Shown: positions 1-9,698, counted from the first letter of the stretch. The stretch: DNA of 64,000 nt from Thermoanaerobaculia bacterium (GCA_044226625.1 JBGAGQ010000017.1:1-64000), one strand, 5' to 3'. Notes: a model not told the origin generated them from the letters alone. Numbers and translations are program-made.

Positions 1-364
1 CGGCATGCACGACGGGTGGGAGACGAAGCGGCGCCGTGGCCCCGGGCACGATTGGGCGCTCGTCCGGCTCGGCCGGCGCGGCCTGCTCTCGCGAATCGAG
101 GTCGACACCTCCCATTTCAAGGGGAATGCGCCGGGCAGCTGCGTTCTCGAAGGATGCGACGCTCCCGACGCTTCGCCCGAGGCGCTCGTGGCCGACGAGT
201 ACGCCGGATGGCGGACGATCGCGCCGCGGACCGATCTGCGGCCGCACACCCGTCATCTCCTCGACGAGCTGGCGTCCGGCGGACCGTTTTCCCACGTACG
301 CCTGCGGATCGATCCCGACGGCGGCGTCGCCCGCCTGCGGCTCTATGGAAGGCTCGCCGAGTGA
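1..364 (+). CDS. alc: Allantoicase, C-terminal part (truncated by window start)
   Basis: DGWETKRRR..GHDWALVRLG, IEVDTSHFKGN and PDGGVARLRLYG are allantoicase repeat motifs; lies in a urate catabolism operon. Confidence 0.9.
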   Translation, partial: GMHDGWETKRRRGPGHDWALVRLGRRGLLSRIEVDTSHFKGNAPGSCVLEGCDAPDASPEALVADEYAGWRTIAPRTDLRPHTRHLLDELASGGPFSHVRLRIDPDGGVARLRLYGRLAE

Positions 365-858
365 AGCTCGACGCGCTGTCGTCCGCCGAGGCGGAGGCGG
401 CTTTCCTCGCCTGCTGTGGCTCGAAGGCCTGGGCGCGCGCGATGGCGGAGGGGCGCCCTTATTCGGACGACGAGGATCTGCTCGAAACATCGGATCGCGT
501 CTGGTGGAACCTCACTCCCGAAGACTGGGGTGAAGCGTTCGCGGCGCATCCGAAGATCGGCGAAAGGAAGAGCGAAGGAGACGAGCGCTTTCGCCGCTGG
601 TCGGAGCAGGAGCAAGCCGGCGTCGCCTCGACGGAGGCGGCTACGCTCGCCGATCTGGCCGAGGCGAATCGGATCTACGCGGAACGATTCGGCTACGTCT
701 TCATCGTCTGCGCGACGGGCAAGAGCGCCGAGGAGATGCTCGGCCTGTTGCGCGCGCGGCTCCACAACGAGCCGGAAGCGGAGCTGCGCGTGGCGGCGGG
801 AGAGCAGGCGAAGATCACGCGGCTCCGTCTGGCAAAGCTCGCCGGAGGTGAGGCCTGA
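361..858 (+). CDS. uraD: OHCU decarboxylase
   Basis: GTG start at 361 overlaps the alc stop; motifs CCGS..W, AFAAHPKIG, SEQEQAG, YAERFGYVFIVCA, EQAKITRLRL. Confidence 0.92.
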   Translation: MKLDALSSAEAEAAFLACCGSKAWARAMAEGRPYSDDEDLLETSDRVWWNLTPEDWGEAFAAHPKIGERKSEGDERFRRWSEQEQAGVASTEAATLADLAEANRIYAERFGYVFIVCATGKSAEEMLGLLRARLHNEPEAELRVAAGEQAKITRLRLAKLAGGEA

Positions 859-1196
859 TGGGCATCACGACCCACGTTCTCGACACGTCGCGCGGCCGGC
901 CGGCCGAAGGGGTTGAAGTCGATTTGGAGATCCGGGAGGCGTCGGGCTGGCGCGCCATCGGGCGCGGCACGACCGATGCGGACGGCCGAGCCCGCCACCT
1001 GCTTTTCGATGGCGAGGCGGTCGTCTCGGGGACGTACCGCATTACGTTTCAAACCGGACGCTATTTTCACGGACAGGGCGTCGAGGGGTTCTTTCCGGAG
1101 GTTGCGATCGTCTTCGACGTGCGCGATGCGAACCAGCACCACCACGTGCCCCTCCTGCTGAGTCCGTTCGGATACTCAACCTATCGGGGGAGCTGA
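858..1196 (+). CDS. uraH: 5-hydroxyisourate hydrolase (transthyretin-like)
   Basis: ITTHVLDT..GRPA at the N-terminus; HVPLLLSPFGYSTYRGS at the C-terminus. Confidence 0.95.
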   Translation: MGITTHVLDTSRGRPAEGVEVDLEIREASGWRAIGRGTTDADGRARHLLFDGEAVVSGTYRITFQTGRYFHGQGVEGFFPEVAIVFDVRDANQHHHVPLLLSPFGYSTYRGS

Positions 1197-1199
1197 GAG

Positions 1200-2045
1200 A
1201 TGGCCGTGCATCTGACGGAAAATCGCTATGGAAAATCCGAGGTCCGCCTGGTCACCGTCCGACGCGGTCCGGAACGGCACGAGCTCAAGGACGTAACGTT
1301 CGCGATCCGCTTGGAAGGGGACTTCGCCGCCGCCTACACGACGGGGGACAACGCCCACGTCGTCGCGACCGATACGATGAAGAACACGGTCTACGGCCTC
1401 GCGGCGGAGCGGCCGTTCGATGAAGTCGAAGAGCTCGCTCTGCGCCTTTCGGAGCACCTGCTGGGCGCCGATCCCCACGTCGCGAGCGCCCGGGTGGAAT
1501 GGTCCGAGCACCTTTGGGAGCGGATCGAGAGCGGGGGAGCGCCGCATCCTCACGCCTTCCGGCGCGCCGGGGGAGAGCGCAGGACGGGGAGCGTCTTCCG
1601 CGCCGGCGACGAGGTGAAGGTGGCCTCGGGCCTCGAAGATCTGGTCGTGATGAAGACCGCGAAATCGGCGTTCGCGGGCTTTCCGCGCGACCGATTCACG
1701 ACGCTCAAGGAGACCTCCGATCGGCTGCTCGCGACCGCGTTGTCGGCGAGCTGGAAGTACGCGAGCGCCGATCTTCCGTTCGGCGACCTCTGGCGCGAAG
1801 CCCGTCGCCTCCTGCTCGAAACCTTCGCCGAGCACGACAGTCTGTCGGTCCAGCAGACGCTCTACGCCATGGGCGAGGCGGTCCTCGAAAAGGTGGAGGC
1901 GATCGAGGAGATCCATCTCGCGATGCCGAACAAGCATCACATCCCGATCGATCTCACCCCGTTCGGCCTAGAGAACCGGAACGAAGTCTTCGTCGCGACG
2001 AGCGAGCCGTATGGTTTGATCGAGGGGACGCTCCGGCGCGGGTGA
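1200..2045 (+). CDS. pucL: Factor-independent urate oxidase (uricase)
   Basis: YGKSEVR, VATDTMKNTVY, SAFAGF.RD.FTTL.ET.DR, SLSVQQTLY, MPNKH motifs. Confidence 0.95.
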   Translation: MAVHLTENRYGKSEVRLVTVRRGPERHELKDVTFAIRLEGDFAAAYTTGDNAHVVATDTMKNTVYGLAAERPFDEVEELALRLSEHLLGADPHVASARVEWSEHLWERIESGGAPHPHAFRRAGGERRTGSVFRAGDEVKVASGLEDLVVMKTAKSAFAGFPRDRFTTLKETSDRLLATALSASWKYASADLPFGDLWREARRLLLETFAEHDSLSVQQTLYAMGEAVLEKVEAIEEIHLAMPNKHHIPIDLTPFGLENRNEVFVATSEPYGLIEGTLRRG

Positions 2046-2229
2046 GGCGGTCTGCGGGAAGGGCGGGGCTGACACCCGGCGGAAGGAGTCCGGGAAACGA
2101 CCTCTGAAGGTTTTCACACGATGCCGTCGATTCCGTGTCTTCCGAGGAGGGACTGTCTTCGCGATTCCTCGGCCGCCCGTTCTGGCGGCCGGGGATTCCA
2201 AGGGGACTTCACTCAAGGAGAACCGCGTC

Positions 2230-2943
2230 ATGGCTAGAATGATCCCCTCCGTAATCCGACGTCTCGCCGTTGCTCCGGCCGCTTTCGCGCTGCTCGTCCT
2301 GGGGCTCTGCCTCGCCTCTCCACCGCGGTTGAGCGCCGCGACCGACTGCGTCAACTCCCTCGACTACTTCATCGGCGGTGACAAGCTCAACTGGAAGGGA
2401 TCGAACGGGACCCACAAGCTGAGCCAGAACTTCTCGAGCAATTTGACCAACGGATGGATGTACTACATCAAGTTCGGCGATCCCTTCAATTATGAGCACT
2501 ACACTTGGGATGCGAACTACATCTACCTTCGGCAGGACGGGTATCCGACTCCGTATACGCTGAGCAGCGTCAAGTGGCTGAAGAACGGCACGATCTGCAA
2601 GGGCGATCTGCTCAACTCGTCGGCGAACCAGATCACCGACTACGATTCCAACTGCAACGTCACGATGGCGGCCCACTCCTATCCGGTCACCGTACAGTAT
2701 GTCGACCACTGGCCGGTCTATCCTCTCGGAGGGACGCGCGGAAACGTCGACGTCATCCTGGTCGACTATCACTACCCGGGCACCAACTTCGAGCGCTTCT
2801 TCTACAGCAAACAGTATGGTTGGGTTCGGTGGGAGCTTTGGAACGGCGTCACCCAACAGCTCCTTCAGGTGTCGACGTTCAATTCGAACGACATCGTGAA
2901 CCTGGCGGTCACCTCGAAGCCTCCGAAATGCGATAACTATTGA
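2230..2943 (+). CDS. Secreted hypothetical protein, rich in aromatic residues and Asn
   Basis: AAGGAG RBS; N-terminal signal-peptide-like segment; coding-like codon usage; C-terminal ERFFYSKQYGWVRWE. Confidence 0.75.
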   Translation: MARMIPSVIRRLAVAPAAFALLVLGLCLASPPRLSAATDCVNSLDYFIGGDKLNWKGSNGTHKLSQNFSSNLTNGWMYYIKFGDPFNYEHYTWDANYIYLRQDGYPTPYTLSSVKWLKNGTICKGDLLNSSANQITDYDSNCNVTMAAHSYPVTVQYVDHWPVYPLGGTRGNVDVILVDYHYPGTNFERFFYSKQYGWVRWELWNGVTQQLLQVSTFNSNDIVNLAVTSKPPKCDNY

Positions 2944-2993
2944 TCCCCTCGTTGTCTGGGCGATCAGACGGAACGTGTAACGTCTGAGCGACT

Positions 2994-3140
2994 ACCCCCA
3001 CCTCGGTCCTCCCCCGCAAGCGGGGGAGGAGGCCCACTCGGCCCCTCTGTGCCCTTCGGGTCCGCCCACCTCTTCCGACTCCAACCTCCTTTCGCCGCAG
3101 AGTCCCTCCCCCCGCTTGCGGGGGGAGGCCAGGAGGGGGG
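2994..3140. repeat. REP-like palindromic doublet
   Basis: TCCTCCCCCGC-AA-GCGGGGGAGGA (3007-3030) and an inverted copy CCTCCCCCCGC-TT-GCGGGGGGAGG (3105-3128), between convergent genes. Confidence 0.7.
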
Positions 3141-3171
3141 CTCTCTCTTGCCAGGAGGGGGCGACGATAAG

Positions 3172-4521
3172 CTACCCGCGCCGTCCCGCGAGGATCTTCA
3201 CGAACGACCGACTCCGCAGCTCGTCGAGCGTGAGGCCTGATCGTTCGAGGGTCTCGGCTTCCGAGATCGCGCCGCAGCTCATCGCTCGGAGGAAGTAGTT
3301 CAGGAGCCCCTGGCCGGTCGCCGCGTCGTCGAAGATGTCGCCCACCAGGGTCGCTTGCGCGGCCTTGCGCATGAAGTTCTGTAGACGCTCGGACGCCGCG
3401 TCGAGCCCCTCGAGGAAGAAGGCGTAGACGGTCGCGTAACGTGGGATGAACTGCGCCGGGTGGAGATCCCAACCCTGATAGAAGGCCTGAATGAGCGAAT
3501 GACGCGTGTGCGCCGAATGAAGCCGCCAGGCGCGATGGACGACCGCTCGATTCTCTTCCCGCTGCTCGGGCGACAGGGGAGGGCCGTCCGCCGCCGCGCG
3601 GTGAGGGGCCACCGGGAGGACGTTCGTCGCACCGTTCGAGAGCCAGATCCCCGTTCCGGCGAAGGCGACCTTCATGATGTGGAGCGCAAAGTCGCAGGCC
3701 GGGTGGTCCATCCGCTGCTCGGCCGCCGTGATGTCGCACGAGGCGGTGTAGTCGTAGGTGCCGAAATGGACCGCCGCGCAGCGCCCGCGCGCGGCGCGGG
3801 CGAGGCCGGGTAGCTGCGATCGGCCGTCCGGACCGAGGATCGCGGGCGTCGTCTCGATCATGATCTCGAGCCGCAGGGCGCCCGCGTCGAGGTTCAAGGC
3901 CGGTTCGAAGAGGTCGAACAGATCGGCGAGCGCCGCCACCTGCTCGGGAAGCGTTACCTTCGGGAGGGTGACCACGTAGTTCGCGGGGAGGCGCCCACCG
4001 GTCTCCGCGACGAGGGTCGAGAGGAACAGGTCCAGCGTGCGGATCGAACGGAGCTTCAGTTCCTCGGAGAACGGCTTGATCCGAATGCCGATGAACGGCG
4101 GCAGCGTTCCGGCCGCCAGACCCGCAGCCATCTCGCGCGCGGCCGACTGCGCGTGGCCATCTTCTTCTTCGTCCGGCCGATTGCCGTAGCCGTCCTCGAA
4201 GTCGACACGGAAGTCCTCGACCGGCTCGCGGCGAAGTTTTTCGGCCACTCGCTCGTAGATCGCCGGAGCGAGCTCCGGGGGGAGCGACAAGGCCTCGGCG
4301 AGATCTTTCGGTTCCGACGCGTATTCCGCGAGCGCGCGGAGCGCGACCGCACCCAGCCGCGCCGCGCCGTCCGCCTTGAACAGGTGCGCGCCACCGTAGA
4401 CCGTATGGACCGGCTGGCGGTGTCCCGAATCGCCCGGATGACTGCGCGACAGGGCGAGGTTCGCTTCGGTGAGTCGTTCGAGCGTGGCGCGAAGAGCGGC
4501 GGAAGGTAGCGTGGTCGTCAT
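3172..4521 (-). CDS. HpcH/HpaI aldolase-citrate lyase (CitE/malate synthase-like) fold protein, DUF6986-like
   Basis: RQPVHTVYGGAH, EDFRVDFEDGYG, TLPKV, EIMIET, HFGTYDY, YQGWDLHPAQ; start placed at MTTTLP. Confidence 0.75.
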   Translation of the reverse strand: MTTTLPSAALRATLERLTEANLALSRSHPGDSGHRQPVHTVYGGAHLFKADGAARLGAVALRALAEYASEPKDLAEALSLPPELAPAIYERVAEKLRREPVEDFRVDFEDGYGNRPDEEEDGHAQSAAREMAAGLAAGTLPPFIGIRIKPFSEELKLRSIRTLDLFLSTLVAETGGRLPANYVVTLPKVTLPEQVAALADLFDLFEPALNLDAGALRLEIMIETTPAILGPDGRSQLPGLARAARGRCAAVHFGTYDYTASCDITAAEQRMDHPACDFALHIMKVAFAGTGIWLSNGATNVLPVAPHRAAADGPPLSPEQREENRAVVHRAWRLHSAHTRHSLIQAFYQGWDLHPAQFIPRYATVYAFFLEGLDAASERLQNFMRKAAQATLVGDIFDDAATGQGLLNYFLRAMSCGAISEAETLERSGLTLDELRSRSFVKILAGRRG

Positions 4522-4540
4522 GGTTGCCTTGGGTTTGCCC

Positions 4541-5389
4541 TCACGCGCCCGCGAGCCGCAGCACCAGCCGGCGAACGACGCGCTCGAGCGCGAAGCGGCG
4601 GTACTCGGCGGTCGAACGGACGTCGTCGATCGGATCGACCGCCTCGGCCGCGGCGCGACCGGCGCGCTCGGCCGCTTCGGGGCCGGGGGGCATGCGGCGG
4701 ATCGCCTCTTCGGCGGCACGCAGGCGGACCGGAGTCGCGGCGACGCTCCCCGCGGCGAGGCGGATCTCGGCGATCTTTCCCTCTTCGACCCGGCCGGTCA
4801 TCGCGACGACGACCTTGCTGATCGCCTGGGCCTCGCGCGTGCCAACCTTGCGGAACGCCTGGACGGTCCCCGGCGCCGGGAGCGGCAAGCGGATCGCCGC
4901 GAGGATCTCGCCCGGCTCGATCGCCGTCTTTCGGTAGCCGGTGTGAAAGGTGGAGTAGGGGATCTCCCGCCGGCCGCCGGAGCCCGCGATCACCACCCGA
5001 GCGTCGAGCGCGAGCAGAACGGGGAGCGAATCGCCGGCCGGGCTCGCGTTCGCGAGATTGCCGCCGAGCGTCGCGCGGTTCTGGATCTGCCGGCCGCCGA
5101 TCTCGCTCGCGGTCTCGGCGAGGATGGGGAAGTTCGCGCGGATCTTCGCCGAGCTTCGGATCTCGGAAAACGTCGTCGTCGCGCCGATTTCCAGCGTTTC
5201 GCCGTCCAGGTCGCGGATGCCGGCTAGCTCGGGGATCGCGAGCAGGTCGAGCACCCGGGTCATCTCGTGGAGCGCCGTGAGCGGCCGGACCATCAGATCG
5301 GTGCATCCCGCCGCGAGGACGAGGCCCGGGTCGGCCGCGAGGGCGCCGAGCGCCTCGTCGAGCGTCGACGGGGCGGCCCCGGCGGTCAA
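4541..5389 (-). CDS. Xanthine dehydrogenase-family FAD-binding subunit
   Basis: AGCTDL, IGGRQIQNRATLGGNLANASPAGD, PIDDVRSTAEYR; TTG start overlaps the stop of the Fe-S subunit. Confidence 0.88.
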   Translation of the reverse strand: MTAGAAPSTLDEALGALAADPGLVLAAGCTDLMVRPLTALHEMTRVLDLLAIPELAGIRDLDGETLEIGATTTFSEIRSSAKIRANFPILAETASEIGGRQIQNRATLGGNLANASPAGDSLPVLLALDARVVIAGSGGRREIPYSTFHTGYRKTAIEPGEILAAIRLPLPAPGTVQAFRKVGTREAQAISKVVVAMTGRVEEGKIAEIRLAAGSVAATPVRLRAAEEAIRRMPPGPEAAERAGRAAAEAVDPIDDVRSTAEYRRFALERVVRRLVLRLAGA

Positions 5390-5868
5390 GGATTCGCCTC
5401 CGGCGATGTCTGCGGCACTGGCGGCTCCGGGCAGATCGCGCGCAAGATTCCCTCGTAGCCCGTACAGCGGCAGAGGTTCCCGGCCAGCGCGGCCTTCACC
5501 TCGTCGCGGGACGGCGAGGGGTTCTCTTGGAGCAACGCCCAAGCGGAGACGAAGATCCCCGGCGTGCAGGCGCCGCATTGAACCCCGCCCGCTTCGACCA
5601 GGCGATCGAGCAGCGATTTCGCCTCTCCGTTTTTCGAGATGGCCTCGATCGTCTCGACCTTGCGGCCGGCGCATTGGGCGAGCGGAACCAAGCAGGAGAG
5701 GACCGGGATTCCGTCGAGCAACACCGTGCAAGCGCCGCATTCCCCTTCGCCGCACCCCTCCTTCGTGCCGGAGAAGCCGAGCCGTTCGCGCAGCGCGTCG
5801 AGGAGGCGATCCATCGGACGCCCTTCGACGCTCACCGCACGGCCGTTCACCTCGAGCTGCGCGCTCAT
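5386..5868 (-). CDS. Xanthine dehydrogenase-family [2Fe-2S] subunit
   Basis: GTKEGCGEGECGACTV, QCGACTPG, GNLCRCTGY. Confidence 0.93.
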   Translation of the reverse strand: MSAQLEVNGRAVSVEGRPMDRLLDALRERLGFSGTKEGCGEGECGACTVLLDGIPVLSCLVPLAQCAGRKVETIEAISKNGEAKSLLDRLVEAGGVQCGACTPGIFVSAWALLQENPSPSRDEVKAALAGNLCRCTGYEGILRAICPEPPVPQTSPEANP

Positions 5869-8081
5869 CCGAGACCTCCCGCGGCACGCGCCCCGGCGAA
5901 CAGCCGCTCGGGTGTCGCCGGTACCTCCGAGCAGGAGATCCCGATTGCGTTCTCGATCGCCTGCAAGACCGCCGGGGCGCCGCCGTCCATCGGCAGCTCG
6001 CCCACGCCTTTAGCACCGAACGGTCCCCCTTCCCAGCCGCTTTCGAGCAGGTGGACATCGATCCGCGGCGCATCTTCGATCGTGGGGATGATGTAGGTCG
6101 CGAGCCGGTCGTTCAGATATCGGCCGTCCTTCATCTTCATCTCTTCGAGCAGCGCCCAGCCGACCGCCTGCAGGGTGCCGCCCTGAATCTGGCCGGCGCA
6201 GAGCGTGGGATGGATCGCGCGCCCGATCTCGCAGACCGCGGTAACGCGCACCGGCCGCACCGCGAGCGTGTCGGGATCGACCTCGACCTCGGCGACGTCG
6301 GCGCCCCAGGCGTAGGTCGGATAGGCGGCGCCTCGATACGTCGACTCGTCGAACGTCTGCCACTCCGGCGGCTCGTGGTGGACCGTCACCTCGACCGGCC
6401 CCGCGGCGCGCAGGCGCCGGGCCGTTTCGCGAAAACTCTCGCCCTCGTTCGCCGCGGCGCGCACGCGGTCGCGGATCTCGGAAACCGCGCGGACGATGAC
6501 TCCGCCGACGATCATCGTCGTCCGCGAGGCGACGGTCGGGCCGGAGTCCGGCACGTCTCCCGTGTCGGGCTCGCAAAACGACAGATCGTCGAGCGTGACG
6601 CCCGCTGCCGCGGCAGCCATCTGAGGAAAGACCACGGCGCAGCCCTGGCCCATGTCGGTCATCGCGGTCGCGATCTCGATCCTGCCGTCTTCGAGCAACC
6701 GCGCGGTGACCGGCGATTTCATCCGCCGCTCGCCGTTGCCGGTAAAGCCCGCGCCATGGAAGAAGAGCGCAAGGCCGACTCCGGGCAACGGCGTCTCGCC
6801 TCCGCTCGCGAGAGCCAGCTTCCGCTCGTCTTCCGCCTTGCGCCAGCGGGCGCGAAAACCGGTCCGTCGCTCCGCCTCTTCGAGGCACTGTCGGGCGGAG
6901 GTCGAGGCGTCGAGCACCTGCCCGGTCGGCAGCCGGTCGCCCGGCTCGACCACGTTCCGGTCGCGGATCTCGTACGGATCGAGGTCGAGCTCTCTGCCGA
7001 TCCGGTCGATCAGCCGCTCGATCGCGAGCTCCACTTGGGGGGCACCGAAGCCGCGGAACGCGCTGTTCGGGGCGGTATGGGTCCGGACCGCCTTGGCCCG
7101 CACGCGCACCGCGCCGCATCGGTAAGGACCGAACGAGTGGAGGAGCGCGCGGGAGAGGACGACGGGGGAGAGCGTCTTGTAGGCCCCGCCGTCCATCACG
7201 ATCTCGAGGTCGAGCGCGAGCAGCCGGCCGTCGGCATCGACCCCGGCGCGTTGCCGGACGATCGTCGGATGCCGCTTCGAGGTGCCGACGATGTCCTCGT
7301 GCCGGTCGTAGATCATCTTCACCGGCCGCCCGGCCGCGCGGGCCAGCAGCGCCGCGTGGATCGCGAGAGCGCTCGGGAAGTCCTCTTTTCCGCCGAAGCC
7401 GCCGCCGACGACCGAAGCGCGCACCCGAACCTTCTCGTCGGCGAAGCCGAAGGCGTGGGTCAGCGCCTTGTGAACGTAGTAGGGACATTGCATCGAGCCG
7501 AGGGTATGGAGGGTGTCGCCCTCCACCCAGGCGATCATCCCCTGGCATTCGATGTAGACGTGTTCCTGGTGGCCGGTGCGGACCTCTCCTTCGACGACAC
7601 GTGCCGACCGCGCGAACGCCGCGTCGAGCTCGGAGGTGGGGACCGACTCCATCGTGAGCTCGTAGAGCGGAGGAAGCGGCTCGGCCTCTTCCATCGACAG
7701 GACCGCCGGCAGAGGCTCGTACTCGACCTCGAACGCAGCCAGCGCTTGCAGTGCCGCGAGGCGCGTCGGAGCGGCGACGAGAGCGACCGGCTCGGCTACG
7801 TGGCTCACGATCGAGTCGGCGAGGATCGGCCAGCTGTCGTCCAAGAGCTGCACGCCGTTCGGTCCGGGAAGGTCGGCGGCGGTGACGACGACGGTGCCCT
7901 CCGGAGCGCGAGACGCGTCGAAGCCAAGCGAGAGAATCCGCGCATGCGCATGCGGGCTCCTGAGCGTCGCGCCGAACCACATCCCCGGCATCGAGACGTC
8001 GTCGACGTAACGCGCCGTGCCCGAGACCTTCGCCGCGCCGTCCGGGCGCGGCGGGCTGTCGCCGATGCCGCTTTTCGTCAT
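5865..8081 (-). CDS. Xanthine dehydrogenase-family molybdopterin-binding subunit (PucD-like)
   Basis: GGGFGGKE, AFRGFGAPQ, DMGQG, PTVASR, AKGVGE motifs; purine catabolism context. Confidence 0.92.
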   Translation of the reverse strand: MTKSGIGDSPPRPDGAAKVSGTARYVDDVSMPGMWFGATLRSPHAHARILSLGFDASRAPEGTVVVTAADLPGPNGVQLLDDSWPILADSIVSHVAEPVALVAAPTRLAALQALAAFEVEYEPLPAVLSMEEAEPLPPLYELTMESVPTSELDAAFARSARVVEGEVRTGHQEHVYIECQGMIAWVEGDTLHTLGSMQCPYYVHKALTHAFGFADEKVRVRASVVGGGFGGKEDFPSALAIHAALLARAAGRPVKMIYDRHEDIVGTSKRHPTIVRQRAGVDADGRLLALDLEIVMDGGAYKTLSPVVLSRALLHSFGPYRCGAVRVRAKAVRTHTAPNSAFRGFGAPQVELAIERLIDRIGRELDLDPYEIRDRNVVEPGDRLPTGQVLDASTSARQCLEEAERRTGFRARWRKAEDERKLALASGGETPLPGVGLALFFHGAGFTGNGERRMKSPVTARLLEDGRIEIATAMTDMGQGCAVVFPQMAAAAAGVTLDDLSFCEPDTGDVPDSGPTVASRTTMIVGGVIVRAVSEIRDRVRAAANEGESFRETARRLRAAGPVEVTVHHEPPEWQTFDESTYRGAAYPTYAWGADVAEVEVDPDTLAVRPVRVTAVCEIGRAIHPTLCAGQIQGGTLQAVGWALLEEMKMKDGRYLNDRLATYIIPTIEDAPRIDVHLLESGWEGGPFGAKGVGELPMDGGAPAVLQAIENAIGISCSEVPATPERLFAGARAAGGLG

Positions 8082-8117
8082 TTTGGGGCGGGGACCGGAG
8101 TGCCTGCGGGGAGGAGG

Positions 8118-8354
8118 TTATGCCGCCATGAGCCCGTTAAGGGTCTCTTCCACGGCCGGAGGCAAAACGACGGCCAGAAAGTTGCCGGAGGGATACAGGT
8201 AATCCTCGCCCGACTCGTCGATGACTCGAAGAAATCCGCTTGCCCTCGCCGATTCATCCTCCAGAACCGGGTACAGCTTCCGAATCTCCAAGTCATCGCA
8301 TCCTTCGTTCCGGATGCAAATCACGAAATGGGTGGGCTCGTCTGGCGCAGTCAT
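8118..8354 (-). CDS. Small acidic hypothetical protein (second gene of a two-gene cassette)
   Basis: FVICIRNEG..DLEIRKLYPVL..RVIDESGEDYLYP; coupled to the upstream small gene by a TGATG overlap. Confidence 0.75.
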   Translation of the reverse strand: MTAPDEPTHFVICIRNEGCDDLEIRKLYPVLEDESARASGFLRVIDESGEDYLYPSGNFLAVVLPPAVEETLNGLMAA

Positions 8355-8599
8355 CAGTCGAGGAATCGCTTGATCTTAAGCCGTCGTTTGCCGACCCCGT
8401 GAGCCTCGTACCAATGGATTTCGGCGCGACGAATTGTAGCATCTGGGAACCGCACGGTCGCCGTGCCTTTCATCTTGGTCCACCGGCCGGCGCCATACTG
8501 TTCGATGAGCTCGGTAAGCTGCCGGATCTGACCGCCGGTGGCGATCGTTTCGATCTGATCGATCGCACTCACGACCTCGAAGTACTGAGGTGCGCCCAC
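8354..8599 (-). CDS. Small hypothetical protein with a basic C-terminus (first gene of a two-gene cassette)
   Basis: IETIATG..IR..YGAGRWTKMKG.ATV..AEIHWYEAHGVG..KIKR. Confidence 0.75.
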   Translation of the reverse strand: MGAPQYFEVVSAIDQIETIATGGQIRQLTELIEQYGAGRWTKMKGTATVRFPDATIRRAEIHWYEAHGVGKRRLKIKRFLD

Positions 8600-8602
8600 G
8601 TC

Positions 8603-9607
8603 TCACCCCACCGCCGCCCGCCCCGCCGCGGCGGCGAGCGCCGCGTCCCGGAACCTCCGGACGATCGTTCCGGCCGGCTCGATCGAGTGGATGCCGGCCA
8701 CGCTTCGGCCGGCTTGGAGGTAGTCCTTCGAGGAGTAGCTCTTCACGCCCTTCTTGAGTTTGTTGAAGGCGCGGAGCGTGTAGATCAGGCGCATCCAATG
8801 CTTGGTCTTGTGGCCGCGGAGCATCCAGCGGGCGATGGGTCCGGCTTTGGTGCCCATCTTCTCGACGTAGGGGGTGCGGATGACCGCCACGGGGACGCCG
8901 GTGAGACGTTCGGTGAGGACGATGTCGTCCTCTTCGGCATCGAGGATCGCCTGCTTGTAGGCCTCCGGCGCGGTGCACTCGGTCGTGGCGATGAAGCGGG
9001 TGCCCATCTGGACCGCGCCGTAGCCCAACCGGAGAGCCTCGACGAAGCCGGCCTCGTTGCCGACGCCTCCGGCGCAGACGAGCGGGACGCCCAGATCGGC
9101 GAGCTCGGTGTAGAGCGCCTCGACGCTGCGCGGGCCGGCGTGACCTCCGGCGCGGCGGTTGACGCCGATCAGGCCGTCGACGCCCGAGTCGAGCCCTTTC
9201 AGCGCCCACTTGCGCTCGGTCGCGTCGTGGTAGACGACACCTCCGGCGGCATGGGCCTTGTCCACCACCCAGCGCGGGTTGCCGAGCGAGGTGAGGAAGA
9301 AACGGACTCCCTCTTCGATCGCCTGGTCGACGTAGCGCTCCATCCTCTCGCGGTAGGTCTTGGACGATTTTTCGACGATCACGTTCAGGCCGATCGGCTT
9401 CTTCGTCAGGCTCCGGATCAGGCGCAGGCCGGCGCGGAATTCGTGACCGTGGACGTAAGTCAGCGAGAGCGGCTGAACCACCCCCATCGCGCCGGCCTCG
9501 GAGGCGGCGGCGACCAGCTCCGGGTTGCTGCACGGATACATCGGGCCGCAGATCAGCGGGACTTCGATGCCGAGCTGCCGGGTGACGGCGGTGTCGAGGA
9601 GGCTCAT
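8603..9607 (-). CDS. Nitronate monooxygenase / FabK-like FMN oxidoreductase
   Basis: PLICGPM, AGGHAG, CAGGVG, VQMGTRFIAT. Confidence 0.88.
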   Translation of the reverse strand: MSLLDTAVTRQLGIEVPLICGPMYPCSNPELVAAASEAGAMGVVQPLSLTYVHGHEFRAGLRLIRSLTKKPIGLNVIVEKSSKTYRERMERYVDQAIEEGVRFFLTSLGNPRWVVDKAHAAGGVVYHDATERKWALKGLDSGVDGLIGVNRRAGGHAGPRSVEALYTELADLGVPLVCAGGVGNEAGFVEALRLGYGAVQMGTRFIATTECTAPEAYKQAILDAEEDDIVLTERLTGVPVAVIRTPYVEKMGTKAGPIARWMLRGHKTKHWMRLIYTLRAFNKLKKGVKSYSSKDYLQAGRSVAGIHSIEPAGTIVRRFRDAALAAAAGRAAVG

Positions 9608-9698
9608 CGTGGCGGGGAGGCTATACCGCCAGGGGGACGCCGGTCGAGGACCCGTGGGGTCACCGCCGGGAGCCTCGGCGGAGAGCTATAATTAAAGA

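Noticed and set aside
5865-8081. Selenium-dependent xanthine dehydrogenase
   Set aside because: No yqeB/yqeC/selD in the window; the labile-Se form cannot be inferred from this sequence.
5058-8402. Very long alternative ORFs (5058-8402 +, 45205-48537 -, 29250-31724 -, 24565-26736 +)
   Set aside because: Antisense shadows of clearly recognisable genes in high-GC DNA, with no family motifs.
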